From the NCBI GenBank assembly GCA_965603105.1, contig CBFDBS010000001.1, forward strand, positions 1 to 43,569: 43,569 bases of DNA, written 5' to 3'. The first letter of the stretch is position 1; each line of letters starts with the position of its first letter. The notes beneath the pieces were generated by a model. The model worked only from the letters and a program-made list of their open reading frames with translations, searched no databases and had not been told where the DNA came from. The translations under genes were made by a program, and so were the position numbers. This DNA comes from an uncultured bacterium. GTDB taxonomy: Bacteria > Acidobacteriota > Aminicenantia > Aminicenantales > Aminicenantaceae. This document shows positions 27,636 through 36,993 of the stretch, one piece after another.

Positions 27636-27972
27636 TTTTTATTCGTTTTAAAATTCTGTCGATGTTGTCCTCATAGTCAGAAAAAGGATCCAAGGAAAAA
27701 ATTAGCGTTGGATTATACTTCAATTTGGTTTTCGAGGCAACTGATTTTCTTAAAAAGCCTTTCCTCTTTTCCAGAAGTTCGAGGATCTGTTCACTTTCCT
27801 TTTGGTCGAAAACACTCAAATAGACATGGGCCGCCTTCAAATCGGCTGTCATCTCGACACGAGTGATGGTGATGAGGCTGGAAACGGATGTCTGAATAAC
27901 CTCAGTGACAGTTTGACTCAGCGCTTCCTGGATGAGACTGGCAACTTTTTTTTGTCTTCGACTCTCTTTCAT
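27616..27972 (-). CDS. rbfA: ribosome-binding factor A
   Basis: RRQKKVASLIQEALSQ... and ITRVEMTADLKAAHVYLSV are typical of RbfA. ATG at 27972 avoids overlap with the DUF503 gene. Confidence 0.85.
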   Translation of the reverse strand: MKESRRQKKVASLIQEALSQTVTEVIQTSVSSLITITRVEMTADLKAAHVYLSVFDQKESEQILELLEKRKGFLRKSVASKTKLKYNPTLIFSLDPFSDYEDNIDRILKRIKNENPSD

Positions 27973-27994
27973 TTTAAAATTGCGGCCCCAGGTA

Positions 27995-28279
27995 TCATAA
28001 GTAGTGAATATCCTTGTTGAGAATTTCACCATCGATGTTATCACTGATTTCCAGGATGATTTTTTGAAAAGTCCTGTCGATGATTCCTTTCGTGCTGTTG
28101 AGGGTCACCAATCCTAGACGAGTGCGCTGCCATTTCTCTTGGAAATCGAGTTCAGCGTAAGCAACATTGTACTTCTTTTTCAATCGTTCTCGTATACTGA
28201 GAAGGCTTTTCCGTTTCTCTTTCAATGAATGGGAGTAGGGGAGATGGATATCCAGGATAAGGAGTCCGACGATCATCAA
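27995..28279 (-). CDS. DUF503-family protein (YlxP-like)
   Basis: 94 aa. Contains L.I.L.IP...SLKEKR. Conserved position between infB and rbfA. Confidence 0.8.
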   Translation of the reverse strand: MMIVGLLILDIHLPYSHSLKEKRKSLLSIRERLKKKYNVAYAELDFQEKWQRTRLGLVTLNSTKGIIDRTFQKIILEISDNIDGEILNKDIHYL

Positions 28280-28297
28280 TCCATGTGTTTAATCAAT

Positions 28298-30100
28298 TCA
28301 AGTCTGAGCACGTTTTTCAATAGTAAATGCCTCAATGATGTCACCCTCTTGGATGTCTTTGAACTTGTCGACACCAATGCCGCACTCGTAATTCTTTTGT
28401 ACTTCGTTGACGTTCTCCTTAATATGTTTCAGCGATGAAATCTTTCCTATATGGATAACCTCATCGTTCCTGATGATTTTTATTTCCGCGTTGCGTGTGA
28501 TTATTCCGTCCAAGACATAACAGCCGGCAATGAGGCCGATCCTGGGGATTTGGAATGTTCTTCTGATTTCGGCCCTGCCCATGTATTTTTCTTCGATAAT
28601 GGGTTCGAGGAGGCCAGTGAGAGCTTTCTTTACATCCTCTGTCAATTTATAGATGATATCATATATCCTTATTTCGACATCTTCCTCTTTGGCAAGGTCC
28701 AGAATTTTCTGACTGGCTTTTGTATTGTAGCCGATAATGATGGCATCGGATGCCGATGCGAGCAGAACATCGGATTCGGTAATTTGACCAGTCGTTGCAT
28801 GCACAATCTTCACTTTCACATCCCCGCTGATCATGTTGGAAAGGATGTCTGAGAGAACTTCGACCGATCCTTGCACATCACCCTTAATAATCAGAGGCAA
28901 TTCTTTAACGGCACCTTCTTCGATTTTCTGGAAAAGCTGGTCAAGTGTTATGTGTTCGGGCTTGATGCTTTCCGAGGGTATTTCTTTAGATTGACGGATA
29001 GATGATATTTTTTTTGCAGTTTCAAGAGACGGAACAACTTGAAAAATGTCTCCTGATTCGGGCACTTCGGAAAAACCGAGAACCTCCACCGGCATGGACG
29101 GTCTAGCCTCCTGAATAGGCTTCCCTTTCTCGTCCAGCAGGGCTCTAACTTTTCCGTAAGCGGACCCGCAAATGAAGGCATCCCCTTTTTTTAGAATTCC
29201 ATTCTGGATTATGAGCGTTGCTATTGCACCTTTTTGAGCGTCCAGCCTGGCTTCAAGAACGACGGCCTGTGCGCTGACCTTGTAATTGGCTTTGATTTCG
29301 GTCACTTCGCTGAGAAGAAGAAGCATATCGAGGAGTTCATTGAGGTTGGTCTTTTCTTTGGCCGAGATTTCCACACTGACGACATCGCCTCCCCAATCCT
29401 CTACCAACAGGCCCTCTTTGGACAGCTGTTGTTTGACTTTGTCCACATCGGTTCCGGACTTGTCGATTTTATTGATGGCCACAAGAAATGGCACATTGGC
29501 CGCTTTGGCATGGCTTATGGCCTCTTTTGTCTGGGGCATGACTCCGTCATCGGCGGCCACGACAAGGATAACGATATCAGTGACCTGTGCACCCCTTGCC
29601 CGCAACAGAGTGAATGCTTCGTGTCCAGGCGTGTCTATAAAAGTGATGAAACGATCGTTATGGGAGATAATATAGGCTCCGACGTGCTGAGTGATTCCTC
29701 CGGATTCTTTTTCAACCAATTTGGATTCACGAAGGGCATCGAGGAGAGTTGTTTTGCCGTGGTCGACATGCCCCATTATGGTCACAACCGGAGGGCGGAT
29801 TTCCATCTCATCTCGGTGGCTTTCTATATACTGCTTCATTTCATCTTCAATGGAAATGATCTTGATGCCGAGCTCCAGGGTATCGGAAAGGGATTGAGCG
29901 ATGGTTTTGCTGAGAGGGTCATTCACCCCGACTGCAAATCCTTCACTGTTGAGCAGTGTGAGCATATCTTTGGCCTTGACCTTGAGCTGATCGGAGACTT
30001 CTTTTATGGATAAACCTTCCCTGATTTGGATGGATTGAGTGGCATTTGTGCTGTTCTTTTGCTCTTGATGATCAGTTTTTTTGCTCGCTTCGTTTTTCAT
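28298..30100 (-). CDS. infB: translation initiation factor IF-2 (short N-terminus, 600 aa)
   Basis: G-domain motifs GHVDHGKTTLLD, DTPGHEAF and NKID, plus C-terminal domains. Directly downstream of nusA. Confidence 0.95.
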   Translation of the reverse strand: MKNEASKKTDHQEQKNSTNATQSIQIREGLSIKEVSDQLKVKAKDMLTLLNSEGFAVGVNDPLSKTIAQSLSDTLELGIKIISIEDEMKQYIESHRDEMEIRPPVVTIMGHVDHGKTTLLDALRESKLVEKESGGITQHVGAYIISHNDRFITFIDTPGHEAFTLLRARGAQVTDIVILVVAADDGVMPQTKEAISHAKAANVPFLVAINKIDKSGTDVDKVKQQLSKEGLLVEDWGGDVVSVEISAKEKTNLNELLDMLLLLSEVTEIKANYKVSAQAVVLEARLDAQKGAIATLIIQNGILKKGDAFICGSAYGKVRALLDEKGKPIQEARPSMPVEVLGFSEVPESGDIFQVVPSLETAKKISSIRQSKEIPSESIKPEHITLDQLFQKIEEGAVKELPLIIKGDVQGSVEVLSDILSNMISGDVKVKIVHATTGQITESDVLLASASDAIIIGYNTKASQKILDLAKEEDVEIRIYDIIYKLTEDVKKALTGLLEPIIEEKYMGRAEIRRTFQIPRIGLIAGCYVLDGIITRNAEIKIIRNDEVIHIGKISSLKHIKENVNEVQKNYECGIGVDKFKDIQEGDIIEAFTIEKRAQT

Positions 30101-30118
30101 GTTTTTCCTTCTTCTCTA

Positions 30119-31147
30119 TTATTCCTGTTGTATCTCGATTTTCCAACCGACAAGGATAGAAGCCAACCGGACATTGATTCCTTTTTTACCGATGGCTAGC
30201 GAAAGTTGATCTTTGGACACACGAGCCTGCAGGATTTTTTCTTGATTATTATAAATGACAACTCTGTTGACCTTAGCCGGACTCAAAGCTGCTTTGGCAT
30301 ACTCAAAGGGATTGTCTGACCATTTGATTACGTCAATTTTTTCTCCGTCCAATTCCTTGCTGATAGCGAGAATCCTGGTGCCTCTAATGCCTATACAGGC
30401 ACCGACTGGATCGATATCCTTTTCTCTTGTATTGACAGCCACTTTGGCTCGTTCTCCCGGATGCCGGATAATATTTTTGATCTCAATATTTCCATTGGCT
30501 ATCTCAGGTGTTTCAAGTTCAAGAAGTTTAGAGAGAAACCTGTTGTCTATTCTGGAGACGATGATTTGCGGACCATTCGTCTCTTTGTAGACATGCGTGA
30601 TAACCGCCTTGACACGATCTCCTCTGATGAACTGTTCGTAGGGAAGTTTTTCCCTGTCCGGCAGGAGGATTTCCGTTCTGTCCAACTCAAGAATCATATT
30701 TTTGTTCGATTCAAATCTTCGGATGACGGCTGTGATTATGTCACCCAGTCTGGGGGCATACTTATTATATATTTTTTCCTGTTCTGCGTCCCGGACTTTT
30801 TGGACGATAACCTGCTTGGCAGCCTGGGCCGCGATCCGTCCCAATGTCTCGGAAGGAAGGTCGATTTCGACTGTCTCATCCAGTTGGGCTTCCGGCTCAA
30901 TTTCTTTGGCATCCTCGAGAGAAATTTGAGTGGAATAATTCTCGGGTGTCCGGACAACTGTTTTTACGGAAAAAACACGTAGCTCTCCTTTTTCCGGCTG
31001 GAATGAAACAGTGATATCTTCATCATTTGTGAAATGCTTCAAGGAGGCGACTTTCAGGGACTCTTTGATGGCGTCGACAATAATGGCCGTTGCCACGCCC
31101 CGTTCTTTGCTGAGTTGGAGAATAGTATTCCACACTTTGACTTTCAT
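30119..31147 (-). CDS. nusA: transcription termination/antitermination factor NusA (342 aa, no C-terminal acidic repeats)
   Basis: N-terminal domain, S1 domain and two KH domains (GACIGIRGTRI, AIGKKGINVRLA). Confidence 0.95.
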   Translation of the reverse strand: MKVKVWNTILQLSKERGVATAIIVDAIKESLKVASLKHFTNDEDITVSFQPEKGELRVFSVKTVVRTPENYSTQISLEDAKEIEPEAQLDETVEIDLPSETLGRIAAQAAKQVIVQKVRDAEQEKIYNKYAPRLGDIITAVIRRFESNKNMILELDRTEILLPDREKLPYEQFIRGDRVKAVITHVYKETNGPQIIVSRIDNRFLSKLLELETPEIANGNIEIKNIIRHPGERAKVAVNTREKDIDPVGACIGIRGTRILAISKELDGEKIDVIKWSDNPFEYAKAALSPAKVNRVVIYNNQEKILQARVSKDQLSLAIGKKGINVRLASILVGWKIEIQQE

Positions 31148-31194
31148 TTTTTCTGCCTATCTTGTGTCTCTTTAGGAGTGCAAAGAAGCGTGAA

Positions 31195-31223
31195 TTATAA
31201 CCAAAATAGAGAAGAATAGCAAA
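31195..31223 (-). promoter_or_regulatory. candidate sigma70 promoter for nusA-infB operon (-35 TTGCTA, 17 nt, -10 TATAAT on minus strand)
   Basis: Plus-strand tagcaa at 31218-31223 and attata at 31195-31200, between the hppA stop (31236) and the nusA start (31147). Confidence 0.4.
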
Positions 31224-31235
31224 TTAGGCGAGCCA

Positions 31236-33203
31236 TCACATGATGAGAGGGGCGAAGACGAGACTGACAACAGCCATGAGCTTTATCAGGATATTCATGG
31301 AAGGGCCGGCTGTGTCTTTGAGAGGGTCTCCTACCGTGTCTCCGATGACAGCCGCAGCATGACAATCCGTCCCTTTTCCCCCAAGATTTCCCTCCTCGAT
31401 CCATTTCTTGGCGTTGTCCCAGGCGGCACCGGCATTGGCCATAAATATGCCCAGAAGGACTCCTGTGGCCGTCGCTCCGGCCAGAAAACCACCTAGCGCC
31501 TCTTTTCCCAAAACAAAACCGACGAGAAGCGGCATGATGACCGCAGCCAATCCCGGCAGGATCATCTCCACCAAAGCGCCCCGGGTAACGATATCGATGC
31601 AGCGATCAGAATCCGGCTTGGTTGTGCCTTCCATCAAACCCACTATCTCTTTGAACTGTCTTCTTATTTCTATAACCATTTTGTTGGCGGTCCGGCCCAC
31701 TGCATTGAGAGTGAAGGAAGAAATGGCAAAGGGCATAAGAGCACCGAGGAGAAGTCCAATGACAGTATGGACTCGAGTCAGGCTGATCAATTCGAGGCCT
31801 GTCGTCTTCTGGTAAGCCGAAAACAGGGCCAGAGCGGTTAAGGCCGCTGAGCCGATGGCAAATCCCTTCCCGATGGCGGCTGTCGTATTTCCCGAAGCGT
31901 CGAGTTTGTCAGTGATTTTTCGAATTTCGGGTCCCATTTTGGCCATCTCCGCTATGCCGCCCGCGTTATCGGCGATGGGGCCATAGGAATCAGTGGACAT
32001 GACAATGCCGATCGTGGCCAGCATGCCGACGGCTGCGAGGGCAATCCCGTAAAGATTGGCCAGCTGGTAGGAAATGAATATGGCGCCAGCGATGGTGAAG
32101 AGGGGAAGAATGGTACTTTGGAATCCGATGGCCAAACCGGTGATGATGGTAGGGGCGCTGCCTGTTTCCGATGTTTTGGCCAGTGCCTTGATGGGGGGCC
32201 CGGAAGTGAAGTATTCGCTTTCCAGTCCGATCAGAACCCCTGAAATAACACCGCTCAAAACCGCCCAGAACACATTGAGCTCTGTCAATAAAATTTTGAC
32301 TGCGAAAAAGGCTCCAATCAGGAAAAGGACGCCGCTGATATAGGTCGAATTCCTGAGTACGGATTGCGGGCTGAACTTCTTGAGGATGTTGATGGAGAAG
32401 ACTCCGAAAATCGAACAGACGAGTCCGATGGCAATCAGAAGTATGGGCAGCGACATGTAATTGATATTGGGTGCCATCGTAGCTCCGATAGCGATGGAAG
32501 CGATTACGGAACCGACATAGGATTCGAAAAGGTCGGCGCCCATGCCCGCTGTGTCCCCTACGTTATCTCCGACGTTGTCGGCGATGACTCCTGGATTGCG
32601 GGGGTCGTCTTCGGGAATACCCGCCTCGACTTTCCCGACCAAGTCGGTACCGACATCCGCACTTTTCGTGTAAATCCCTCCTCCGACTCTTGCAAATAGA
32701 GCGACAGAGCTGGCCCCCATGGCAAAACCGTTGATGATTTCAGGATTCTTGGCGAAGAAAAAGAAGAACAAACCGAGTCCGGCCAATCCCAGAGATGCCA
32801 CGGCGATACCCATAACTGCGCCCCCCTGGAATGCGATTGTCAGCGCATGGGAAGTTCCGCCATCCACGGCTCCCTGGGCGGAACGAACCGCAGAGCGGGT
32901 TGATCCCTTCATGCCGATATATCCGGCCAACATCGAACAGGCTGCTCCCGTTATAAAGGCCAGACTTGTATAGACACTAAAGAGCTTCCACAAAACGATA
33001 AAGACAATCGCGACAAAGACAATGATGTAAGTGTATTCTCTCCTCAAAAAGATCATGGCGCCGGAGTGGATCGCTTCCGCAATTTCCTGCATAAGGGCGG
33101 TTCCTTTGGGATACCGTTTGACATAGAAATAGAGGAGAATGGCGAAAAGCAGTCCCAGCAAACCAAGGATATATGAGTAGGGTATCAGTTCGAGTAGTGT
33201 CAT
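31236..33203 (-). CDS. hppA: membrane-bound ion-translocating pyrophosphatase
   Basis: 655-aa polytopic protein with hallmark [25 protein letters not shown] and [10 protein letters not shown] motifs. Confidence 0.95.
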   Translation of the reverse strand: MTLLELIPYSYILGLLGLLFAILLYFYVKRYPKGTALMQEIAEAIHSGAMIFLRREYTYIIVFVAIVFIVLWKLFSVYTSLAFITGAACSMLAGYIGMKGSTRSAVRSAQGAVDGGTSHALTIAFQGGAVMGIAVASLGLAGLGLFFFFFAKNPEIINGFAMGASSVALFARVGGGIYTKSADVGTDLVGKVEAGIPEDDPRNPGVIADNVGDNVGDTAGMGADLFESYVGSVIASIAIGATMAPNINYMSLPILLIAIGLVCSIFGVFSINILKKFSPQSVLRNSTYISGVLFLIGAFFAVKILLTELNVFWAVLSGVISGVLIGLESEYFTSGPPIKALAKTSETGSAPTIITGLAIGFQSTILPLFTIAGAIFISYQLANLYGIALAAVGMLATIGIVMSTDSYGPIADNAGGIAEMAKMGPEIRKITDKLDASGNTTAAIGKGFAIGSAALTALALFSAYQKTTGLELISLTRVHTVIGLLLGALMPFAISSFTLNAVGRTANKMVIEIRRQFKEIVGLMEGTTKPDSDRCIDIVTRGALVEMILPGLAAVIMPLLVGFVLGKEALGGFLAGATATGVLLGIFMANAGAAWDNAKKWIEEGNLGGKGTDCHAAAVIGDTVGDPLKDTAGPSMNILIKLMAVVSLVFAPLIM

Positions 33204-33229
33204 TTTATTTCCTTAAAAGTTTTGAAAGT

Positions 33230-33258
33230 TGTATAGCACAAAAACTCCTCAAATTCAA
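33230..33258 (-). promoter_or_regulatory. candidate promoter for hppA (-35 TTGAAT, 17 nt, -10 TATACA on minus strand)
   Basis: Plus-strand attcaa at 33253-33258 and tgtata at 33230-33235. Weak -10. Confidence 0.25.
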
Positions 33259-33361
33259 TTTTAAATTTATTCGAATGTGGATTTAATCGAGTAGATTTTG
33301 CCTGCTATATTCCCCCCTGTGCAGCTAGCGGCAGTGTGTGTGCAAATTCAGTTGAGGAAAC

Positions 33362-33389
33362 GGGATCATCGTACAATACGATGAATCCC
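33362..33389 (-). terminator. stem-loop downstream of miaB (possible weak terminator or repeat unit)
   Basis: GGGATCATCGTA-CAA-TACGATGAATCCC forms 12 bp with one bulged A. On the minus-strand transcript only a short GTTTCC follows, so the U-tract is poor. Confidence 0.25.
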
Positions 33390-33458
33390 CGAATCGCTGG
33401 TTTGTAAGACTGATTTGGCAAACGGAAGGAGATTACTTGGTCTCATAGAGGGAGAAAG

Positions 33459-34772
33459 TCAGTTCAGGTCATGGCCGCGCAGGCTGTAGGGCCCGGATGA
33501 TGTGATCTCGACCTCAACGAATCGGTCTTCCGGATTTTTTTCCGAGCTGAAATTGACGACTTGATAGGCTTCATTCCTGCCGGAAAAAATGCCCGGATTT
33601 TTTTTGCTTTTTCCCGTACAAAGCACCTTGTATCTTTTTCCGACAGAAAATTGGTTCATCTCGATCTGAAGTTTCTTTTGAAGAGCCTGAACCGCAATCA
33701 ATCTCTTTTTTTTGGTCTCAAAGGGGACATCATCTTCAAGTTGCGAGGCAGCAGTTTTTGGTCTGGATGAGTAGCGAAAGGAGAATATATTTGTGAACCT
33801 GACATTTTCGAGCAGATACAGTGTTTCCTCAAACTCCTTATCCGTCTCCCCTGGAAAGCCGACAATAATGTCTGTGCTGAGACTGATGTCCGGCATCAGG
33901 TTGCGGAGAGTTTCGATGACTTCCAGGTACTGGTCTATCGTGTAGCCCCGGTTCATCCTTTTCAGTACAGAAGATGAGCCCGATTGTACAGGCAGATGCA
34001 GCTGATGACAGACTTTTTGCGATTCCGCCATCGCCGCCGCCGTTTCGACTTTGAAATTTTTCGGATGAGAAGTGACGAAACGCAACCATTCAATCTCTGA
34101 GATCTTGTTTACGGCTTTAAGAAGCCGTGAAAAGTCCGTACCGGAAACGGGATCGTGGTAAGAATTGACATTCTGTCCGAGAAGCTGGATTTCCTTATAA
34201 CCGTTGAGGGCCAACATCCGGATTTCATCGAGAATCTGAGGCATTGGGCGGCTTTTTTCTCTCCCGCGGGTGAAAGGGACGATACAGTAGGAACAAAAGT
34301 TGTTGCAGCCTTCCATGATGGTCACATAGGCACTTGCCCTGCTTTTTCTTATGGCGGTCCTATTTGGAATGTCATGCCAGACTTTGCTCCATTCAGTGGC
34401 AATGATTTTTTCTTTCTGATGAAGAGCAAGGAGATCCGGGATCTTCCAGTAATTGTCAGGTCCCAAAATAAGGTCAATGCCGGGGAACTTGGCCAACAGT
34501 TTCGAGCGGTGGAGTTGAGCGACACATCCGGCAACTCCTAAGATGATGTTTTTGTTCCTTTTCTTCAACGACATCAAACGCCCCAGAAGGGAGTAGAGTT
34601 TTTCTTCGGATTTTTCCCTGACCGCACAGGTATTGACGAGGATGATGTCGCTGTTTTCCGGATTTTCTGAGGGTTCTGCACCGCTGGAGGTGAGGATGCC
34701 GGCGATTTGTTCGGAATCGCTTTCGTTCATCTGGCAGCCGAAAGTGTGGATGTGGAAACGTGAGTGATTCAT
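33459..34772 (-). CDS. miaB: tRNA (N6-isopentenyladenosine-37) methylthiotransferase MiaB
   Basis: UPF0004 motif TFGCQMNESDSE, radical SAM motif CNNFCSYC, and a C-terminal TRAM domain. ATG at 34772 (MNHSRF...) has an AGGAA SD; ATG at 34793 has none. Confidence 0.9.
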   Translation of the reverse strand: MNHSRFHIHTFGCQMNESDSEQIAGILTSSGAEPSENPENSDIILVNTCAVREKSEEKLYSLLGRLMSLKKRNKNIILGVAGCVAQLHRSKLLAKFPGIDLILGPDNYWKIPDLLALHQKEKIIATEWSKVWHDIPNRTAIRKSRASAYVTIMEGCNNFCSYCIVPFTRGREKSRPMPQILDEIRMLALNGYKEIQLLGQNVNSYHDPVSGTDFSRLLKAVNKISEIEWLRFVTSHPKNFKVETAAAMAESQKVCHQLHLPVQSGSSSVLKRMNRGYTIDQYLEVIETLRNLMPDISLSTDIIVGFPGETDKEFEETLYLLENVRFTNIFSFRYSSRPKTAASQLEDDVPFETKKKRLIAVQALQKKLQIEMNQFSVGKRYKVLCTGKSKKNPGIFSGRNEAYQVVNFSSEKNPEDRFVEVEITSSGPYSLRGHDLN

Positions 34773-34838
34773 TGTTCCTGGTTTTTCAGTCATTTCGCTT
34801 GTTAATTGTCAAAGGTAAAGAAAAATTTGCGAAAGCAA

Positions 34839-35276
34839 CTACAGGATCTCTTCCAGAATTTTGACGGAGGATAGAATGAGCGGGCGACAGATGGAGTCGA
34901 AGAGTTTCGCTTCTTCCGCTTTTTCGAGAACACCGGGTTCGCTCAAGTTCACGCCGAGAAGATCTCTGCAGAGGATGGAGCCGTGTGCGGCCATGAATCG
35001 GTCTATGAATTCATTGATTTTGTCATAAGTTATTTCTTTTGCCTCAAGGTCCTCAGCTTCAGTTCGTCCGAATTTCAAGCCGATGACTAAGAATGCTCCG
35101 CTGACGGCTCCGCATGTTTCGCCACGATGAGCAATTCCTCCCCCAAAGGGTTGAGAGATTTTAAGGGCTTGCCGGCGATCAAGACCGAACAGGTCGCTGA
35201 ATGAGGCAAGAACGGCTTGAGAACAACTGAATCCTTCATCGAAAAAGGAGACAGCTTTTTCCGCTCGATTCGTCAT
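34839..35276 (-). CDS. C_GCAxxG_C_C-family protein
   Basis: Contains FSCSQAVL, GETCGAVSGAF and GSILCRDLL, the family-defining Cys pattern. Confidence 0.8.
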   Translation of the reverse strand: MTNRAEKAVSFFDEGFSCSQAVLASFSDLFGLDRRQALKISQPFGGGIAHRGETCGAVSGAFLVIGLKFGRTEAEDLEAKEITYDKINEFIDRFMAAHGSILCRDLLGVNLSEPGVLEKAEEAKLFDSICRPLILSSVKILEEIL

Positions 35277-35319
35277 GGTTTCCTTCCTTTCTGTTACCAG
35301 TTGACTCCTGAAAATATTC

Positions 35320-36993
35320 TTATGAATTGTGTTCCAGCATCTCTCGTGCGTTCTGTCTGGCTGCAGGGGTGATGCGGCTCCCCGCTAGAAGTCTTGAGAT
35401 CTCCTCAATGCGTTCCTCGAAGTCCAATTCCTTGACAGTGGTGTAAGTTCTGTTGTGGGCAATCTTTTTTTCAATCTTAAAATGATGGTCAGCGAAGGAG
35501 GCAATTTGGGGGAGATGAGTGATGCAGATGACTTGATTGTTCTGGGATAAATCCTTCAGTTTCTTAGCGACGAACTCTGCAGTTTTTCCTCCGATTCCGG
35601 CGTCGATTTCATCAAATATTAAAGTTTTGTGTTTTTCCTGGTTGCTGCCGATCGATTTCAAAGCCAGCATAATCCTCGAAAGTTCACCCCCCGAGGCTAT
35701 CTTTCTTAGAGGTCGAAGTTCTTCTCCCGGATTGGGACTGATGAGAAATTCGACATCCTCAATGCCTTTGTCTTTGACGTTGTCTATGTTTTCCATATCC
35801 GGACTGAAGGACCTCAGGTTGACGGAAAAGTCGGCTTTTTTCATTCCCAGAACACAAATTTCATTCTTGATTTTGTCCTCGAGTCTCGAAGAGTGTTCCC
35901 TTCTTTTCTTGGAGAGCTTATTTGCCTTTTCTCTGTAATCCAGGAATATTTTCTCTAAAGAGCGATTCAAGTCTGACAGCCTGTCCTGATTCGATTCCAA
36001 TTCCAAAAGCTCATCTCTGGCTTTTTCAAGAGAAAGGAGGACTTCCTCAATAGATGAGCCGTACTTTCTTTTCAGTTTTTCAATAGTATTGAGGCGATCT
36101 TCGATGGCCTCCAGGTTGGCTGGAGAGGAATCGTGTTTTTCTTTGAACTTGATGAGAAAATCGGTGAATTCATGGAGTGAAAGGGTGAAAGGGCTGATTG
36201 CTTCGCTAATGTCTTTGAATTCGCTTCCGAAGTCGATCAGCTTGGTGACCGTGTTCCGGAGCCTTGCCAGCTGGGAGGAAAGAGCAAATTCTTGATTGCT
36301 GGTGATATCCAAGGCATCCGCGACAAGGTCGCGAATTTTTTCGGCATTCCTGAGGATGTTTCTTTCCTGGTGGCGCTCCTCTTCTTCGCGGGGAGAGAGA
36401 TGGGCGTTTTCGATCTCGTTGATCTGGAATTCGAGGAAATCCTGTCTCAAAGCCCGTTCTTTGTCTTTGGCTTCGAGACTTTTTTTCTCCCGCTGCAGTC
36501 GACGTATCTCTTGGGAGAGTTTGGTCACCTCATTCCTGAGGGGGATGACGCTGGCGGAAAAATCGAAATAGTCCAACTGGTACTCGAGATTTCTGAGAAA
36601 GACATGATCATTCTGGCCGTAAATGTTGACCACGGACTCTCCCCAATCTTTGAGTTTTTTGGCCGGGACCAGGATTCCGTCAAAATATCCCTTCCCCTGG
36701 CCTTTTTCCGTGATTTTGCGGTGAATGAAGATCTCTCCACTGTCTTCTTTTGAACGGTTTTTGTCTGAGATGCCGGGTGTATCGATCTGAAACACGGCTT
36801 CAACGGAAGTCTCCCGTTCCCCGGTGCGAATGATATCGGGCGAGCCCTTGTCGCCTAAAACCAGCTTCAGGCCGCCGATGATGATCGATTTTCCAGTTCC
36901 TGTTTCTCCTGTGAGGATGGTGAAACCGTTCTTGAATCCCAATTCGATGTCTTCGATTGTGGCCAGATTTCTGATTCGGAGGGATTTGATCAT
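35320..36993 (-). CDS. recN: DNA repair protein RecN
   Basis: Walker A motif LTGETGTGKSII, a long coiled-coil, and the signature/Walker B region GGELSRIMLALK...LIFDEIDAGIGG. Confidence 0.9.
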   Translation of the reverse strand: MIKSLRIRNLATIEDIELGFKNGFTILTGETGTGKSIIIGGLKLVLGDKGSPDIIRTGERETSVEAVFQIDTPGISDKNRSKEDSGEIFIHRKITEKGQGKGYFDGILVPAKKLKDWGESVVNIYGQNDHVFLRNLEYQLDYFDFSASVIPLRNEVTKLSQEIRRLQREKKSLEAKDKERALRQDFLEFQINEIENAHLSPREEEERHQERNILRNAEKIRDLVADALDITSNQEFALSSQLARLRNTVTKLIDFGSEFKDISEAISPFTLSLHEFTDFLIKFKEKHDSSPANLEAIEDRLNTIEKLKRKYGSSIEEVLLSLEKARDELLELESNQDRLSDLNRSLEKIFLDYREKANKLSKKRREHSSRLEDKIKNEICVLGMKKADFSVNLRSFSPDMENIDNVKDKGIEDVEFLISPNPGEELRPLRKIASGGELSRIMLALKSIGSNQEKHKTLIFDEIDAGIGGKTAEFVAKKLKDLSQNNQVICITHLPQIASFADHHFKIEKKIAHNRTYTTVKELDFEERIEEISRLLAGSRITPAARQNAREMLEHNS

